DNA of 64,000 nucleotides. Source: Escherichia phage vB_EcoM_OE5505. The position numbers and the translations under genes were made by a program. Positions 24,586-34,075 of the stretch are shown piece after piece. The notes beneath the pieces were generated by a model that worked only from the letters and a program-made list of their open reading frames with translations, did not search any database and had not been told where the DNA came from. The stretch lies in sequence record NC_054926.1. One strand, written 5' to 3'. Positions within the stretch are counted from its first letter, which is position 1, and the number at the start of each line of letters is the position of its first letter.

Positions 24586-24870
24586 ACGGAATGAAATAAA
24601 AGCAGCAACTGAAGCAACAGAGGTTTCTTCAATATAAACCTCAATTTTTACCGGAGCTTCTGACTCAAATTTACCTGTTACTACACCTTGGAAAATACTT
24701 TCAGTCTGTTCTGGCTTTGAAAAATTTTCAGAAGGAAAAATTCCGAACTTTTTATCTGTTCCAAAAATTTTGATAAATTCATCATAAACTGCTTCATTAA
24801 AAGCGTTATCAGCAGGAATAACGCCTTCAACTACAAGTTCTTGACCTAAAAAGCGTAAAGAAGATTTCAT
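24580..24870 (-). CDS. Hypothetical protein (position of the T4 alt.-x ORFs)
   Basis: 96-aa ORF with ATG start and GAGG Shine-Dalgarno; preceded by an early-promoter-like element. Confidence 0.5.
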   Translation of the reverse strand: MKSSLRFLGQELVVEGVIPADNAFNEAVYDEFIKIFGTDKKFGIFPSENFSKPEQTESIFQGVVTGKFESEAPVKIEVYIEETSVASVAAFISFRK

Positions 24871-24931
24871 TTTGTGTTCCTCATGTTATGTCAGTAAGAC
24901 TACTATAACACAACACGAGGGACTTGTAAAC
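24871..24931 (-). promoter_or_regulatory. Early-type promoter plus conserved leader, copy A
   Basis: Minus strand reads GTTTAC-(18 nt)-TATAGT, then the leader AGTCTTACTGACATAACATGAGGA before the ATG at 24870. A 38-nt block (24878-24915) is identical to 40697-40734. Confidence 0.4.
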
Positions 24932-26982
24932 TACATTTTGAACTTTTTAGACATTCCGTTGATGTTAACCAAAGAAGCTAAGATTTGAGAAACTTCGCTT
25001 TCCTCTTCTTTTGATTCTTCTACAAGGAATTGATTAAATCCAGCCATTGGACGAACTTCACCAGTTTCCATTAGATGGTCGCCATCATATACTGATTCTT
25101 CTAATTGTTCAGAAGGAGGAACGATTGTACCTTCGATTAGATACTTGTTATAAGCAGTTTCTTTCATAAAGTAAGTACTTACTTTATTAATCTTCAGTAA
25201 AATTCCACGTGGTAGAATAATTTCAGCTTCTGACGGAAATCCTGATAAATGACCCGGAACGATAACTTTGATTCGCTCAGCTCCTTTAATTACCATACCC
25301 ACGCTAGTTTCAGCATCTTCATTAGCATATGTAGAATGACTACCCATATGCATCAAATCTTCTGCATCAACGGAACCTTCTCCTTCACCAGAAAATACTG
25401 CGCCGGAATCATCTAGAGCCATATAGTTTTTACCATGCTCACCGAAGATATTTGGTTTAAGCGATGTGGATACGAAGTTCTTGAAATAGAACATTTTATT
25501 TTCAATGTTATGACGCAAAGTTTTAAAGGTAACTTCTTGTCCACGGTAAAGTGTAGTTCCTGGAGGAAGAACTGAACCTTTAGCGAATGCAGAATCAAGC
25601 GTCTCAATATGTTTAATAGCTCGTTCCATATATTCTTCACGGGTAGAATCTGGTTTACCCAAAAGGAACGAGTTCATTTCAACATATGAATCTGCACAAT
25701 AATCTTCAATTACATCAGATTCAGCTTGAGTTAATCCTTTTGGAGTTACTTCAGTGCTTGCGTATTCATATGCCTGAGCAGCAGATTCATTAATCAATTT
25801 ATAAATGCCATTCATGACAAATTGAATAATAGCTGTCTTTTCATCTGGCGTAGCTTTAGAACCTTTAACCAAATCATTGATAATTTTCTTAATAACATCA
25901 AAGCTATTAGAAATATTAATATCAGCAAGATCGCTTAAAATTTTATCAGTCTTATAATCAAAGAATTCTTTATTCTTTAAATATTCTTGAGAACCTTGAT
26001 ATGTTATATCGCTCTGTAACTTGATAGATGGATCACGTAAACGTGCATGGGCTAATGCAATATGATTTCGGAAGCTTTCGAGTTCATAATCACTAGATTT
26101 AAAACGAGAAGCGCTTCTCATACCGCCTATAGCTCCTTTGCTGAAGTTTGAACCAATTTGAATAACGCCAGAGTTCATTGGTCCTTCTGCTTTATACACC
26201 GGAACTTTAGATTCAAACTCTTGATATTTCTTAGCAGCGAAGCTATCACCCTGAAGTGAAGCATCAACAGTAGAATATTGAGCTTGTGCTGCTAATCGAC
26301 GACTAATTTTAGTTTTCTGAATAACAGCTTGGTCCGTGCGCTTATCATTTTCTAAAGCAATAGAAGCAGCAACAGCTTTAGGAACAGCATTACCTGTTTT
26401 AACATCTACATAAACATCACCAACCTTTGATTCAACTTTTGTGAATAACTCAGTTGAAATAGGAGGTACACCTGGAATGTCTTCTAAATTGGCATTTTTA
26501 CGATAAACCATAATATATGCGTACTTTTTATCATAATCCCAGATTTCCTTTAAAAGAACATATCGACCTGCTCCTTTAGTACGTACTAAACGGTCAGCAA
26601 TAACTTGCATTTGACGAGCTGCGCCATTTGTTTTACTCTTTAGTACACGGAATAAGCACGCGTCAATTTTATACTGCTTCATTGTTTGAAGAGCAGTATC
26701 AAAAACGGCATTAATGACACCAATTGGATTTCCACCCAAGTTTTTAAGCTTAACTAATGATAGTTTCTCATTAACACCTATCATTACGATATGCATCATT
26801 TTATCGCCTGGCTTAACGTTTTTATTCGTATCACCACCAGAGGTGTATGTACAAAATCTAAATCCAGGAAGCACGCTTTCTTCGCCGGCTTGAATAGCAA
26901 AAATTTGTGGTATTTTATGCTTAGGATTTAAGTTAACAACCGGCGCCGAAGCGCCGTCAAATAATTCTGTAATAAGTTCCAT
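24931..26982 (-). CDS. Alt-family ADP-ribosyltransferase paralogue (second copy, 683 aa)
   Basis: Begins MELITELFD like Alt and has the same architecture; R/STS/ExE-like motifs are retained (LYRGQ, FVSTSL, SEAEIILPRG); the central region diverges from the upstream copy; its own AAGGA Shine-Dalgarno lies inside the upstream gene's 3' end. Confidence 0.8.
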   Translation of the reverse strand: MELITELFDGASAPVVNLNPKHKIPQIFAIQAGEESVLPGFRFCTYTSGGDTNKNVKPGDKMMHIVMIGVNEKLSLVKLKNLGGNPIGVINAVFDTALQTMKQYKIDACLFRVLKSKTNGAARQMQVIADRLVRTKGAGRYVLLKEIWDYDKKYAYIMVYRKNANLEDIPGVPPISTELFTKVESKVGDVYVDVKTGNAVPKAVAASIALENDKRTDQAVIQKTKISRRLAAQAQYSTVDASLQGDSFAAKKYQEFESKVPVYKAEGPMNSGVIQIGSNFSKGAIGGMRSASRFKSSDYELESFRNHIALAHARLRDPSIKLQSDITYQGSQEYLKNKEFFDYKTDKILSDLADINISNSFDVIKKIINDLVKGSKATPDEKTAIIQFVMNGIYKLINESAAQAYEYASTEVTPKGLTQAESDVIEDYCADSYVEMNSFLLGKPDSTREEYMERAIKHIETLDSAFAKGSVLPPGTTLYRGQEVTFKTLRHNIENKMFYFKNFVSTSLKPNIFGEHGKNYMALDDSGAVFSGEGEGSVDAEDLMHMGSHSTYANEDAETSVGMVIKGAERIKVIVPGHLSGFPSEAEIILPRGILLKINKVSTYFMKETAYNKYLIEGTIVPPSEQLEESVYDGDHLMETGEVRPMAGFNQFLVEESKEEESEVSQILASLVNINGMSKKFKM

Positions 26983-26985
26983 GAT

Positions 26986-29043
26986 TTATCCTTGAACGAA
27001 CTTGTAAGGCATGTTTGCAATATCTATACAAGACGCAATAATTCCAAGAGATGATTCTACTTTCTGTTTAACATTTGATGAAACAAATGATGCAAAGTCA
27101 ACTCTGTCTTCTACTTCAATATCACCTGTCATTGTAACTACTTCGCCGGTTTCCATTAGACGGTCACCGTCATAAATTACCGATTCGGTGAGTTCTTCTG
27201 TGGTCATAACTTCAGCTTGAATAAGCTTGTTGTTAGTTTTAACTGTTCCATCATTGTAAGATGCATCGGTTATTTTATTAACTTTGACCATTAATCCACG
27301 TGGCAAAATGACTTCCATTTCATTTGAAGGTGCTAAACTTCCACCTGGTAAAACAACATTGACTTTATCAGCCCCAGTAATAACCCATCCAATTCCAACT
27401 AAATTATCGCTAGAATTTACTAGTCCTTCATCAGTTTTATCAATAGAAACACTTAAACGCTTTTCGTCTGGTAAAACACCCACAGATGAATCAGTCATCC
27501 AGGTACCAAAAATATTTGGATATAATGATGTTGACACAAAATTTCTAAAATAAAAAACTCGATTTTTTACCAGTGCTTCATATATTGAAGGTAACATTCG
27601 TTGTGAACGATACAAAGTAATACCTTTTGGTAATCGTTCACCATTTTTAAAGGCTGAATCTAAATTATCAATAGCTTTTTCTATGTCAGATGCTGTCAAA
27701 ATACTTGTACGCTCATCTGGATTATATAATCCCAAAAGAGCATTATTTATGTCTACATATCCTGAACCTACGTATTCACGAATTCCGCGTTTTTGTGCTG
27801 GTGTGTATTTAGATGAATCTTTATTTTCGACTATAGGATGTAATGACCATCCAGCGGTAAGAGCATATCCACGCAATTCTCTTCGAATAATCTTTGTTTT
27901 TATTGCATTCCAAGAATTTTGTACTAACTCATTCGCAGCATCTTGATTTAAATGCGAATGCTTGTTAATGTTTCTTTCTAACCAAGCACCTTTATATTTT
28001 TCTAAAGTATCATCAACTATAGAAGCAATAGTTTCTAAAGTTTTTATTGAAGTAATAGATTCTTTTCGTAATCTTTCTAAAGCTTTATTTTTTATTTCTG
28101 CATTAACATCAGATTCTTTATCTTCAGGAATTATAGAAGCTTCTCTGAATGCCATTCCAGCTGTAACACTACTAAGAGCATTCTCTAATGCAAATCCTGA
28201 AGTAGAAATAACAGTTAATTCATTAGCGTCAGAAATTAAAGGAGCGTCAGCAGGTTTATTTAATTCTGCTGCTGAAGCCTCAAATTTTTGAAACATCGGC
28301 GTTTCAAATCTAGAAGATTCCAATGATTGACTTTGCGCAATTGCTCTACGGGAAATTTTAACTTTAACGATTACAGCTTGGTCAGAACGTTTATCATTTT
28401 CTTGCGCAATAGATGCTGCAATTGCCTCATTTTTAGTTACTTGAGCTCCAGTATCTTTATTGATATAAACATCACCGACCTTCGATTCAACTTTAGTAAA
28501 GAGCTCAGTACTAATTTCCGGAACTCCCGGAATGTCTTCTAGTGATACATTTTTGCGATGTATAAGAATATATGCATACTTTTTATCGTAATCCCAGAGT
28601 TCCTTAAGAAGGACGTATCTGCCACCTGAACGACTGCGGATAAGTCTATCAGCAATAAGTTGAATTTGACGAGCTTGACCAGCAGTTTTAGACTTAAGAA
28701 TACGGAGCATGCAGGCATCAATTTTATACTGACGCATCGTTTGCATTGCAACTGTAAAAACTGAATTGATATAATTAATTGGGCTTGGACCAAGACCTTT
28801 TAATTTAGCAATTGAACCTTTAGCAGTTAATGTAAAAGGAACAATATGCATCATTTTATCGCCCATCTTTAAATCGCGATTAGTATCACCTCCAGATGTA
28901 TAGGTACATAAACGAAAGCCTGGTTGTTCAATTGCATCATCAACATGAACTGAAAAAATTTGCGGTATTTTCTTCTTTGGATTTAAGTTTGTAATCGGAA
29001 GAGTAGTATCTTCGTCAAATAATTCTGTAATAAGTTCCATCAT
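26986..29043 (-). CDS. alt: Alt ADP-ribosyltransferase (685 aa)
   Basis: Sequence recognised as T4 Alt (about 682 aa in T4): MMELITELFDEDTTLPITNL...; R/STS/E motifs (LYRSQ, FVSTSL, EVILPRG). Confidence 0.9.
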   Translation of the reverse strand: MMELITELFDEDTTLPITNLNPKKKIPQIFSVHVDDAIEQPGFRLCTYTSGGDTNRDLKMGDKMMHIVPFTLTAKGSIAKLKGLGPSPINYINSVFTVAMQTMRQYKIDACMLRILKSKTAGQARQIQLIADRLIRSRSGGRYVLLKELWDYDKKYAYILIHRKNVSLEDIPGVPEISTELFTKVESKVGDVYINKDTGAQVTKNEAIAASIAQENDKRSDQAVIVKVKISRRAIAQSQSLESSRFETPMFQKFEASAAELNKPADAPLISDANELTVISTSGFALENALSSVTAGMAFREASIIPEDKESDVNAEIKNKALERLRKESITSIKTLETIASIVDDTLEKYKGAWLERNINKHSHLNQDAANELVQNSWNAIKTKIIRRELRGYALTAGWSLHPIVENKDSSKYTPAQKRGIREYVGSGYVDINNALLGLYNPDERTSILTASDIEKAIDNLDSAFKNGERLPKGITLYRSQRMLPSIYEALVKNRVFYFRNFVSTSLYPNIFGTWMTDSSVGVLPDEKRLSVSIDKTDEGLVNSSDNLVGIGWVITGADKVNVVLPGGSLAPSNEMEVILPRGLMVKVNKITDASYNDGTVKTNNKLIQAEVMTTEELTESVIYDGDRLMETGEVVTMTGDIEVEDRVDFASFVSSNVKQKVESSLGIIASCIDIANMPYKFVQG

Positions 29044-29063
29044 AGCCTCTCTAGTGTTTATTC

Positions 29064-29071
29064 TATTTATA
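29064..29071 (-). promoter_or_regulatory. Late promoter core (TATAAATA on the minus strand) upstream of alt
   Basis: Plus strand TATTTATA is TATAAATA on the minus strand, about 20 nt upstream of the alt ATG. Alt is a head-packaged protein in T4, so late expression is expected. Confidence 0.5.
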
Positions 29072-29095
29072 AAATTAAAGGCCCGAAGGCCTTTA
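29071..29095 (-). terminator. Hairpin after the 62-aa ORF, upstream of alt
   Basis: AAAGGCC-cgaa-GGCCTTT palindrome overlapping the stop codon of the 62-aa ORF. Confidence 0.4.
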
Positions 29096-29281
29096 ATAAT
29101 CTAGTGGTAAGAGAGTACGGTATATTTCAAACTTTGGACCTTTTTCATAGGCATCAAATGTTTCTGTGAATTTATTATAAGCGTATGCATCTACAAATTC
29201 GAGAATGACTTGTGATACAGAAGTAGAAACATCTCCACCTTCTTTTTGAGCAATGACAATTGTTTCTAAGTAAGCTTTCAT
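29093..29281 (-). CDS. Hypothetical small protein (62 aa)
   Basis: ATG start overlapping the gene 30 stop (ATGA-type coupling). Confidence 0.45.
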   Translation of the reverse strand: MKAYLETIVIAQKEGGDVSTSVSQVILEFVDAYAYNKFTETFDAYEKGPKFEIYRTLLPLDY

Positions 29282-30741
29282 AAACCAGTTACCTCATGAA
29301 AATCACCAAATACATCCTCGAATGTATTAGCTTTAGTTTTATCTTCACGCAAACGAATCGCAATCGGAAGAAATAATTTAACGTAATCAGTGCGGCCATC
29401 AGATTTTAACCAACCGTTGCATTCGCACTCTAGAATTTTTCCAATATAATAATTTTGGTTTTCCATAATGCGAGTACGGTCAAGTTCATGCGATTTTACA
29501 CCGGCTTTATCTTTTAAGCCTGAACCAGCATTTACCTTAATTTTTCCACACTCTGATTCAAGAATAAATCCACCCGCTTTAGTAGGGTCTTTACGGTGAG
29601 GATAAATTCCTACAATTTTTAAATCAACATCAATTACTTCTTTAAATTTATAGAGATTTTTTGAACGAGCATTTTCCCATAATCCATCGATATTTTTGAG
29701 AATAATACCTTCAAGACCTTGGTCAATATACTTTTTATAAATTACCTTAGCTTCATCTAGGTTATTTACTACTTGGTTTTCAATTAAAATTACTTTATCA
29801 TATCCTGATGTCATTTGTTCTAGTTTAGAAAAACGTACATCATATTTTAAACGAAACGCCGGAAGACCGTATATTTCTACTAACGGGACATAATCCCAGA
29901 CCTGAAACTTCATGCATTGAGCTTCTTTTTCTGAAATAGTTCCCTTTAAAGATTTATTGGCAATTCCATTAGAAGCAGTACGAGATTCAGCTACTTCGGC
30001 GAATTCTTTAGCTTTACTAATTTCAGGATAAGCATCAAAAAGAAAATCTAGGCCTTCTGGTTCCTTTTCAACTTGCTCATGGTATACCAATTCGCCATCA
30101 ATTAACACACCTTCTGGATGAATCTGGCGGGCTTCAGCGGTCATTTTGATTAACTCTTCCTTAAGAAGGTCTAATCCTAGATATTCATTACCAGCTCGTG
30201 ATAAAAGACGAACATCATCTAATTCATCACCTCTAACTTCAGCAAAACACCGAGCTCCATCAGCTTTTAACTGGGCAAAGGCTGGAAATTTAATATTCTT
30301 ATTAATGCCTTTTTCATCATAAGAACTTGCCAGCATTTGAGGTTGTTCAGGAATTAAACCTGGCCAAACTTTGTTTGCAATAGATACTGAAGCACCACAT
30401 TCAAGGTCTCGCATCATCACTCGACGCAAAACTTCAACATCATCTTTTTTACCATCGGTGATGTATCCAGTTAATTCCTCAATTGCCGCATTTCCAGTCA
30501 ATTTCCGAGTAGCTAACGTGAATTCAATGAAGTCAAGCATATCGGTAAGAGTCAACATTCCAAAACTCTGGGTAGCAATACCAGGTTTAGGCCATTTCTT
30601 GATATAATACTGTAACCCACGAGAATAAGTCAGACGATATACTCGTTTAAGCAATTCATTATCTTTATTCTTTTCAAGAATTGCTTGCTTCTGTTTAGTT
30701 GAACCAATAGATGCTATTTCGTTCAGAATTTTAAGAATCAT
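29278..30741 (-). CDS. 30: ATP-dependent DNA ligase gp30
   Basis: 487-aa ORF, T4 DNA ligase length; adenylation motif KADGAR; sequence recognised. Confidence 0.95.
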   Translation of the reverse strand: MILKILNEIASIGSTKQKQAILEKNKDNELLKRVYRLTYSRGLQYYIKKWPKPGIATQSFGMLTLTDMLDFIEFTLATRKLTGNAAIEELTGYITDGKKDDVEVLRRVMMRDLECGASVSIANKVWPGLIPEQPQMLASSYDEKGINKNIKFPAFAQLKADGARCFAEVRGDELDDVRLLSRAGNEYLGLDLLKEELIKMTAEARQIHPEGVLIDGELVYHEQVEKEPEGLDFLFDAYPEISKAKEFAEVAESRTASNGIANKSLKGTISEKEAQCMKFQVWDYVPLVEIYGLPAFRLKYDVRFSKLEQMTSGYDKVILIENQVVNNLDEAKVIYKKYIDQGLEGIILKNIDGLWENARSKNLYKFKEVIDVDLKIVGIYPHRKDPTKAGGFILESECGKIKVNAGSGLKDKAGVKSHELDRTRIMENQNYYIGKILECECNGWLKSDGRTDYVKLFLPIAIRLREDKTKANTFEDVFGDFHEVTGL

Positions 30742-31007
30742 TGTTCATCCTTTAGAGTTTGGTTTACAGCTCTATTATAAATCAATTCATCATTAAGCTC
30801 AGTCAAAGACCTGTGGTACGTGGTTCTAACTTTATTTCCTTGCATCCAGTGCTTGACGTAAATGAAACCTTGCTCTACACATTTTTTAAAAATTCGTTCG
30901 TCTTTTTGAGCTCGGAATTCTGGATTGCATCTAAAAAATTGATTTACGTGACCGTAATCACGTGTAGTATTACCTTCATTTTCATAAATAGTGTGAACAA
31001 CAAACAT
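30738..31007 (-). CDS. Hypothetical protein (position of T4 30.1)
   Basis: 89-aa ORF, ATG start, overlaps the gene 30 start. Confidence 0.5.
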   Translation of the reverse strand: MFVVHTIYENEGNTTRDYGHVNQFFRCNPEFRAQKDERIFKKCVEQGFIYVKHWMQGNKVRTTYHRSLTELNDELIYNRAVNQTLKDEQ

Positions 31008-31846
31008 TAGAATGCTCCTTGGAAAATATTATCACCACTAGTAGGTCTATTATACAAATACTCTATGCCACCAGGTTTAATATAGTTCCATGTCTGAAAC
31101 GGATGTGTCTGATATGGATGATATAGATGATTATAAGGATTAAATCCAGGAGTTCTCCAGGTAGTGTTCCAAGGAAAAGAATCGTTTTTGATCATCTTCT
31201 CGATTGCATCTTTTATAGCTTTTTCACTATCAAAGCTTTCTTTATTTTCCTTTGGTGAAAAAAGCTTATTCTCTACATCGTTCCATGTATAAACTCGCTG
31301 AGCAGTTTTTGGAATATTGTCACGCTCTCCTCGAGCCATCCAATAAACAGGAACATTTAATATTTCACTCGCGTGATCGCAGTGGTGAGCGAGATCGTCA
31401 ATATAACAAATTACGTTATATTTCTCTTTTGCCTTTTTGAACAACTCTTCTTTTGAAGAATCATGACCACACATCATTACTTCTGAGAAGGCACCAGGAA
31501 AAAGAGCATTCAAATTAAATTGACGATTCAGCAGAGCGTCAATAGAATCACCCAGTGCTGTAACAGCTACAAAATTATAATCTTCTTTTAATTTGTTAAT
31601 TACACACAGAGCATCTTTATATGGAGACAAGTAACGAATAAAATCCGAACGATTGTATTTTTCAATTAACTTGACGCCAAGTTCTTCATCACAATTAAAA
31701 AGTTTACCTGGAGAAATAAATTTCTCATCTTGGATCATTTTTAAAATATGTTCCAACGGAAGGTTATATTTCTGGGCAAAATAAGGAAGGCCTGATTGCC
31801 AGCTTAAACATACTCCATCAATATCAGTTAAAATAGTAGGCTTCAT
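31007..31846 (-). CDS. Hypothetical protein, possible HAD-like hydrolase (position of T4 30.2)
   Basis: 279-aa ORF; N-terminal ILTDIDGV resembles HAD motif I (weak). Confidence 0.55.
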   Translation of the reverse strand: MKPTILTDIDGVCLSWQSGLPYFAQKYNLPLEHILKMIQDEKFISPGKLFNCDEELGVKLIEKYNRSDFIRYLSPYKDALCVINKLKEDYNFVAVTALGDSIDALLNRQFNLNALFPGAFSEVMMCGHDSSKEELFKKAKEKYNVICYIDDLAHHCDHASEILNVPVYWMARGERDNIPKTAQRVYTWNDVENKLFSPKENKESFDSEKAIKDAIEKMIKNDSFPWNTTWRTPGFNPYNHLYHPYQTHPFQTWNYIKPGGIEYLYNRPTSGDNIFQGAF

Positions 31847-32301
31847 AAAGAGTCTCTTAATAGGTTTAACACATCAATAAATTCAGCTTCGGTTAGTATT
31901 GTATCATCTTTTGTTAGACCACTAGCCATGCTGTGCTTCAAAACTTTTCCTTTCGAGGCTTGTAATGCATCGCGAAAGCCCCTATTTTGGATCGCTGCTT
32001 CAAAATATGCATTTGTGTATAATTCTTTCCACGCTGGGGAGTATCTTGAAAATGGAACTCCAAGCCAGAAGAGGGTCCCACGGTCCTGAGCTCTAGCATA
32101 AGACCTTCCAGCTTGTTGGGCGGCAAGCCCGGATAACCCAAATATACGACGTTGTTGTTCAACGTTTTTCACCTTGCATCCTTGGAGGAATCCTTCAAGA
32201 CCTCCAAATTGAATACCATCCATAACGAAAGGCCAATGGGCGAAATTACTTAATGCACATGATGGCCACCTAAAATTACTTCTAATCTCTAACTCAGACA
32301 T
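31843..32301 (-). CDS. NADAR/YbiA-like (DUF1768) protein (position of T4 30.3)
   Basis: ORF track starts at a TTG (32307); ATG at 32301 gives 152 aa. The W/F/G-rich sequence (FRWPSCALSNFAHWPF...FQGCK...GLSG...) resembles the NADAR fold as I remember it. Confidence 0.55.
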   Translation of the reverse strand: MSELEIRSNFRWPSCALSNFAHWPFVMDGIQFGGLEGFLQGCKVKNVEQQRRIFGLSGLAAQQAGRSYARAQDRGTLFWLGVPFSRYSPAWKELYTNAYFEAAIQNRGFRDALQASKGKVLKHSMASGLTKDDTILTEAEFIDVLNLLRDSL

Positions 32302-32500
32302 TTTCAATGCTTATAATTTCAACATCAGCCCAATGACCATAGCAAGGAAGACGAAATTCAACTGGCCAGTTAGGGTCCTTTTCTAATATAATAGACTTAA
32401 CTTGTGGTTCTTCATGTTCATCAGTATATGGATTTTTATCTGTTACTTTATATGTGACCTTAATGTACTGAATTCCAAAAATCTTATTAATTATATTCAT
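32294..32500 (-). CDS. Hypothetical small protein (68 aa)
   Basis: ATG start; tightly packed in the gene 30 downstream cluster. Confidence 0.45.
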   Translation of the reverse strand: MNIINKIFGIQYIKVTYKVTDKNPYTDEHEEPQVKSIILEKDPNWPVEFRLPCYGHWADVEIISIENV

Positions 32501-32694
32501 ACTAGTTCCTTTAATCCGTAGATAGGAGATAATTCATCGCCCATATGAAGGTCTTCATTTCCATCTACCCAAGAAACAATATAAGCCTCTTTTATTTGAA
32601 TACCACTCCATTTAAACGGAGGTAGAACCTTAGAAATTAATCCAGGTATACCAACTCCCTTTAATTCAACGGTTTGACCTAAAAAGAATTTCAT
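32497..32694 (-). CDS. Hypothetical small protein (65 aa)
   Basis: ATG start; ATGA overlap with the upstream ORF. Confidence 0.45.
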   Translation of the reverse strand: MKFFLGQTVELKGVGIPGLISKVLPPFKWSGIQIKEAYIVSWVDGNEDLHMGDELSPIYGLKELV

Positions 32695-32981
32695 TAGAAC
32701 CTCATCTGAAAACCGTGCGATTTAACATTACCGCCATTAATATCAGAACTATTAATTTCGCGTGCAATTGAAGGATCAATGTCAATTTCACGATTGAGTT
32801 TAGCGATAGCTAGAGTATCACGCCCATTTACAGTACGAAACTCTAAAGGGCAGACTGCATTAACATAGTTTTTAATCGATTCACTGGTAGGTTGCAAATG
32901 AGCAGGAAGGTCTTTAGGCGCCTTAGAGAAAACCACTTCACAGAAATTTTTGCGGGTATCAAAATAAGTAGTCATAAACAT
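32694..32981 (-). CDS. Hypothetical protein (95 aa from ATG)
   Basis: ORF track starts at a TTG (33032); ATG at 32981 is preceded by GAGGAAAATACT; a GGGGC-cgaa-GCCCC hairpin sits just upstream (33001-33014). Confidence 0.5.
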   Translation of the reverse strand: MFMTTYFDTRKNFCEVVFSKAPKDLPAHLQPTSESIKNYVNAVCPLEFRTVNGRDTLAIAKLNREIDIDPSIAREINSSDINGGNVKSHGFQMRF

Positions 32982-33021
32982 AGTATTTTCCTCAGTAAGG
33001 GGCCGAAGCCCCTGTTTTATT

Positions 33022-33387
33022 TTAAATATCAAATTCGTTAAGAACTACATCAAAGATTGCTTCAAGATGCTCAGGTTTAGCTCTGTTACTCAAAATATGA
33101 CGAATCCAAGTTTTAACCAGAAGCTTACGATTGACGCCATTCCAGCAAGGATGAGTCCCTAAATCACGTTGACGAAAATCATCATCTAATGCGATTTTAA
33201 AAGAAGAACCTTCTTTCGTGATTGAAACCGTGATGCCATTTTCAAATCGCATATAAACGTAGTTAGGAGTCATATACTGTTCAATTTCGCATACTGATCC
33301 ATTTTGATGTTTCCAAAGGCAGATGGTATCAATAGAACCTGCAATACCATTAGAAACATATTTACGTTCAAAGTTGATGTAGTTCAT
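33022..33387 (-). CDS. Hypothetical protein (121 aa)
   Basis: ATG start with GGAGAATAAAA Shine-Dalgarno. Confidence 0.5.
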   Translation of the reverse strand: MNYINFERKYVSNGIAGSIDTICLWKHQNGSVCEIEQYMTPNYVYMRFENGITVSITKEGSSFKIALDDDFRQRDLGTHPCWNGVNRKLLVKTWIRHILSNRAKPEHLEAIFDVVLNEFDI

Positions 33388-33455
33388 TTTTATTCTCCGA
33401 GATGTTTAATTGTGGTACAGGTATATAATATCATGTCCTGTACCAAAGTAAACAA

Positions 33456-33788
33456 TTATTTTACTACTTTCCAATGCTTCATGTCAAGTTTACCAACTTT
33501 TTTCATCTTCTCAATTAAGCGTTCGGCACGTTGGCGAGCTGTAACATAATGCCATTCGCCTAATTCATTTTGTTCAATTTTTCCAACGATTACTGTATTC
33601 AATTCATAAATCCAACCAGTAAAGAAATTATGAACTTGAATTGTAAAGGTGAAATCTGTTCCCATACCTTCTGTTGTTTCTACTTCAATAATATCACCTT
33701 CAACTGCCATTAAGAACCACATAGTTTCATCATATTTACCATTGAAGCATTTAGTTTTAACTGCAGCGTTCAGATTAATCGTTTTCAT
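33456..33788 (-). CDS. Hypothetical protein (110 aa)
   Basis: ATG start with AGGAGAATAAA Shine-Dalgarno. Confidence 0.5.
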   Translation of the reverse strand: MKTINLNAAVKTKCFNGKYDETMWFLMAVEGDIIEVETTEGMGTDFTFTIQVHNFFTGWIYELNTVIVGKIEQNELGEWHYVTARQRAERLIEKMKKVGKLDMKHWKVVK

Positions 33789-33898
33789 TTTATTCTCCTT
33801 TGTTTGTGTAAGATAATACTATCACAAAGGAACTATACTGTAAACAACTTTATGCAATCTTTGGAAAATAAAAAAGGACTCCCGAAGGAGTCCTCAAC

Positions 33899-34075
33899 TT
33901 ATGCTTTCTGCTTACCAAAACGAGAAGCATCATCTCGAAGAACCGCACGTGCTCGACGCATGATCTTCTCAACAGTTTGATTGATACGAGAGTTCGACAC
34001 ACGCTTGTAGCCAGCGCGTTTAGAATCACCAACTTTCTTTTCAACTGCTTTCTTTGCTTTAACTTGTTTTGCCAT
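33899..34075 (-). CDS. Small basic protein (58 aa from ATG at 34075; alternative ATG at 34117 gives 72 aa)
   Basis: K/R-rich ORF (MAKQVKAKKAVEKK...); the choice of start is uncertain. Confidence 0.4.
   Translation of the reverse strand: MAKQVKAKKAVEKKVGDSKRAGYKRVSNSRINQTVEKIMRRARAVLRDDASRFGKQKA

Noticed and set aside
27284-28542. Plus-strand ORFs (71-109 aa) inside the alt gene
   Set aside because: Fully embedded antisense to a well-supported gene, with no start signals; treated as chance ORFs.
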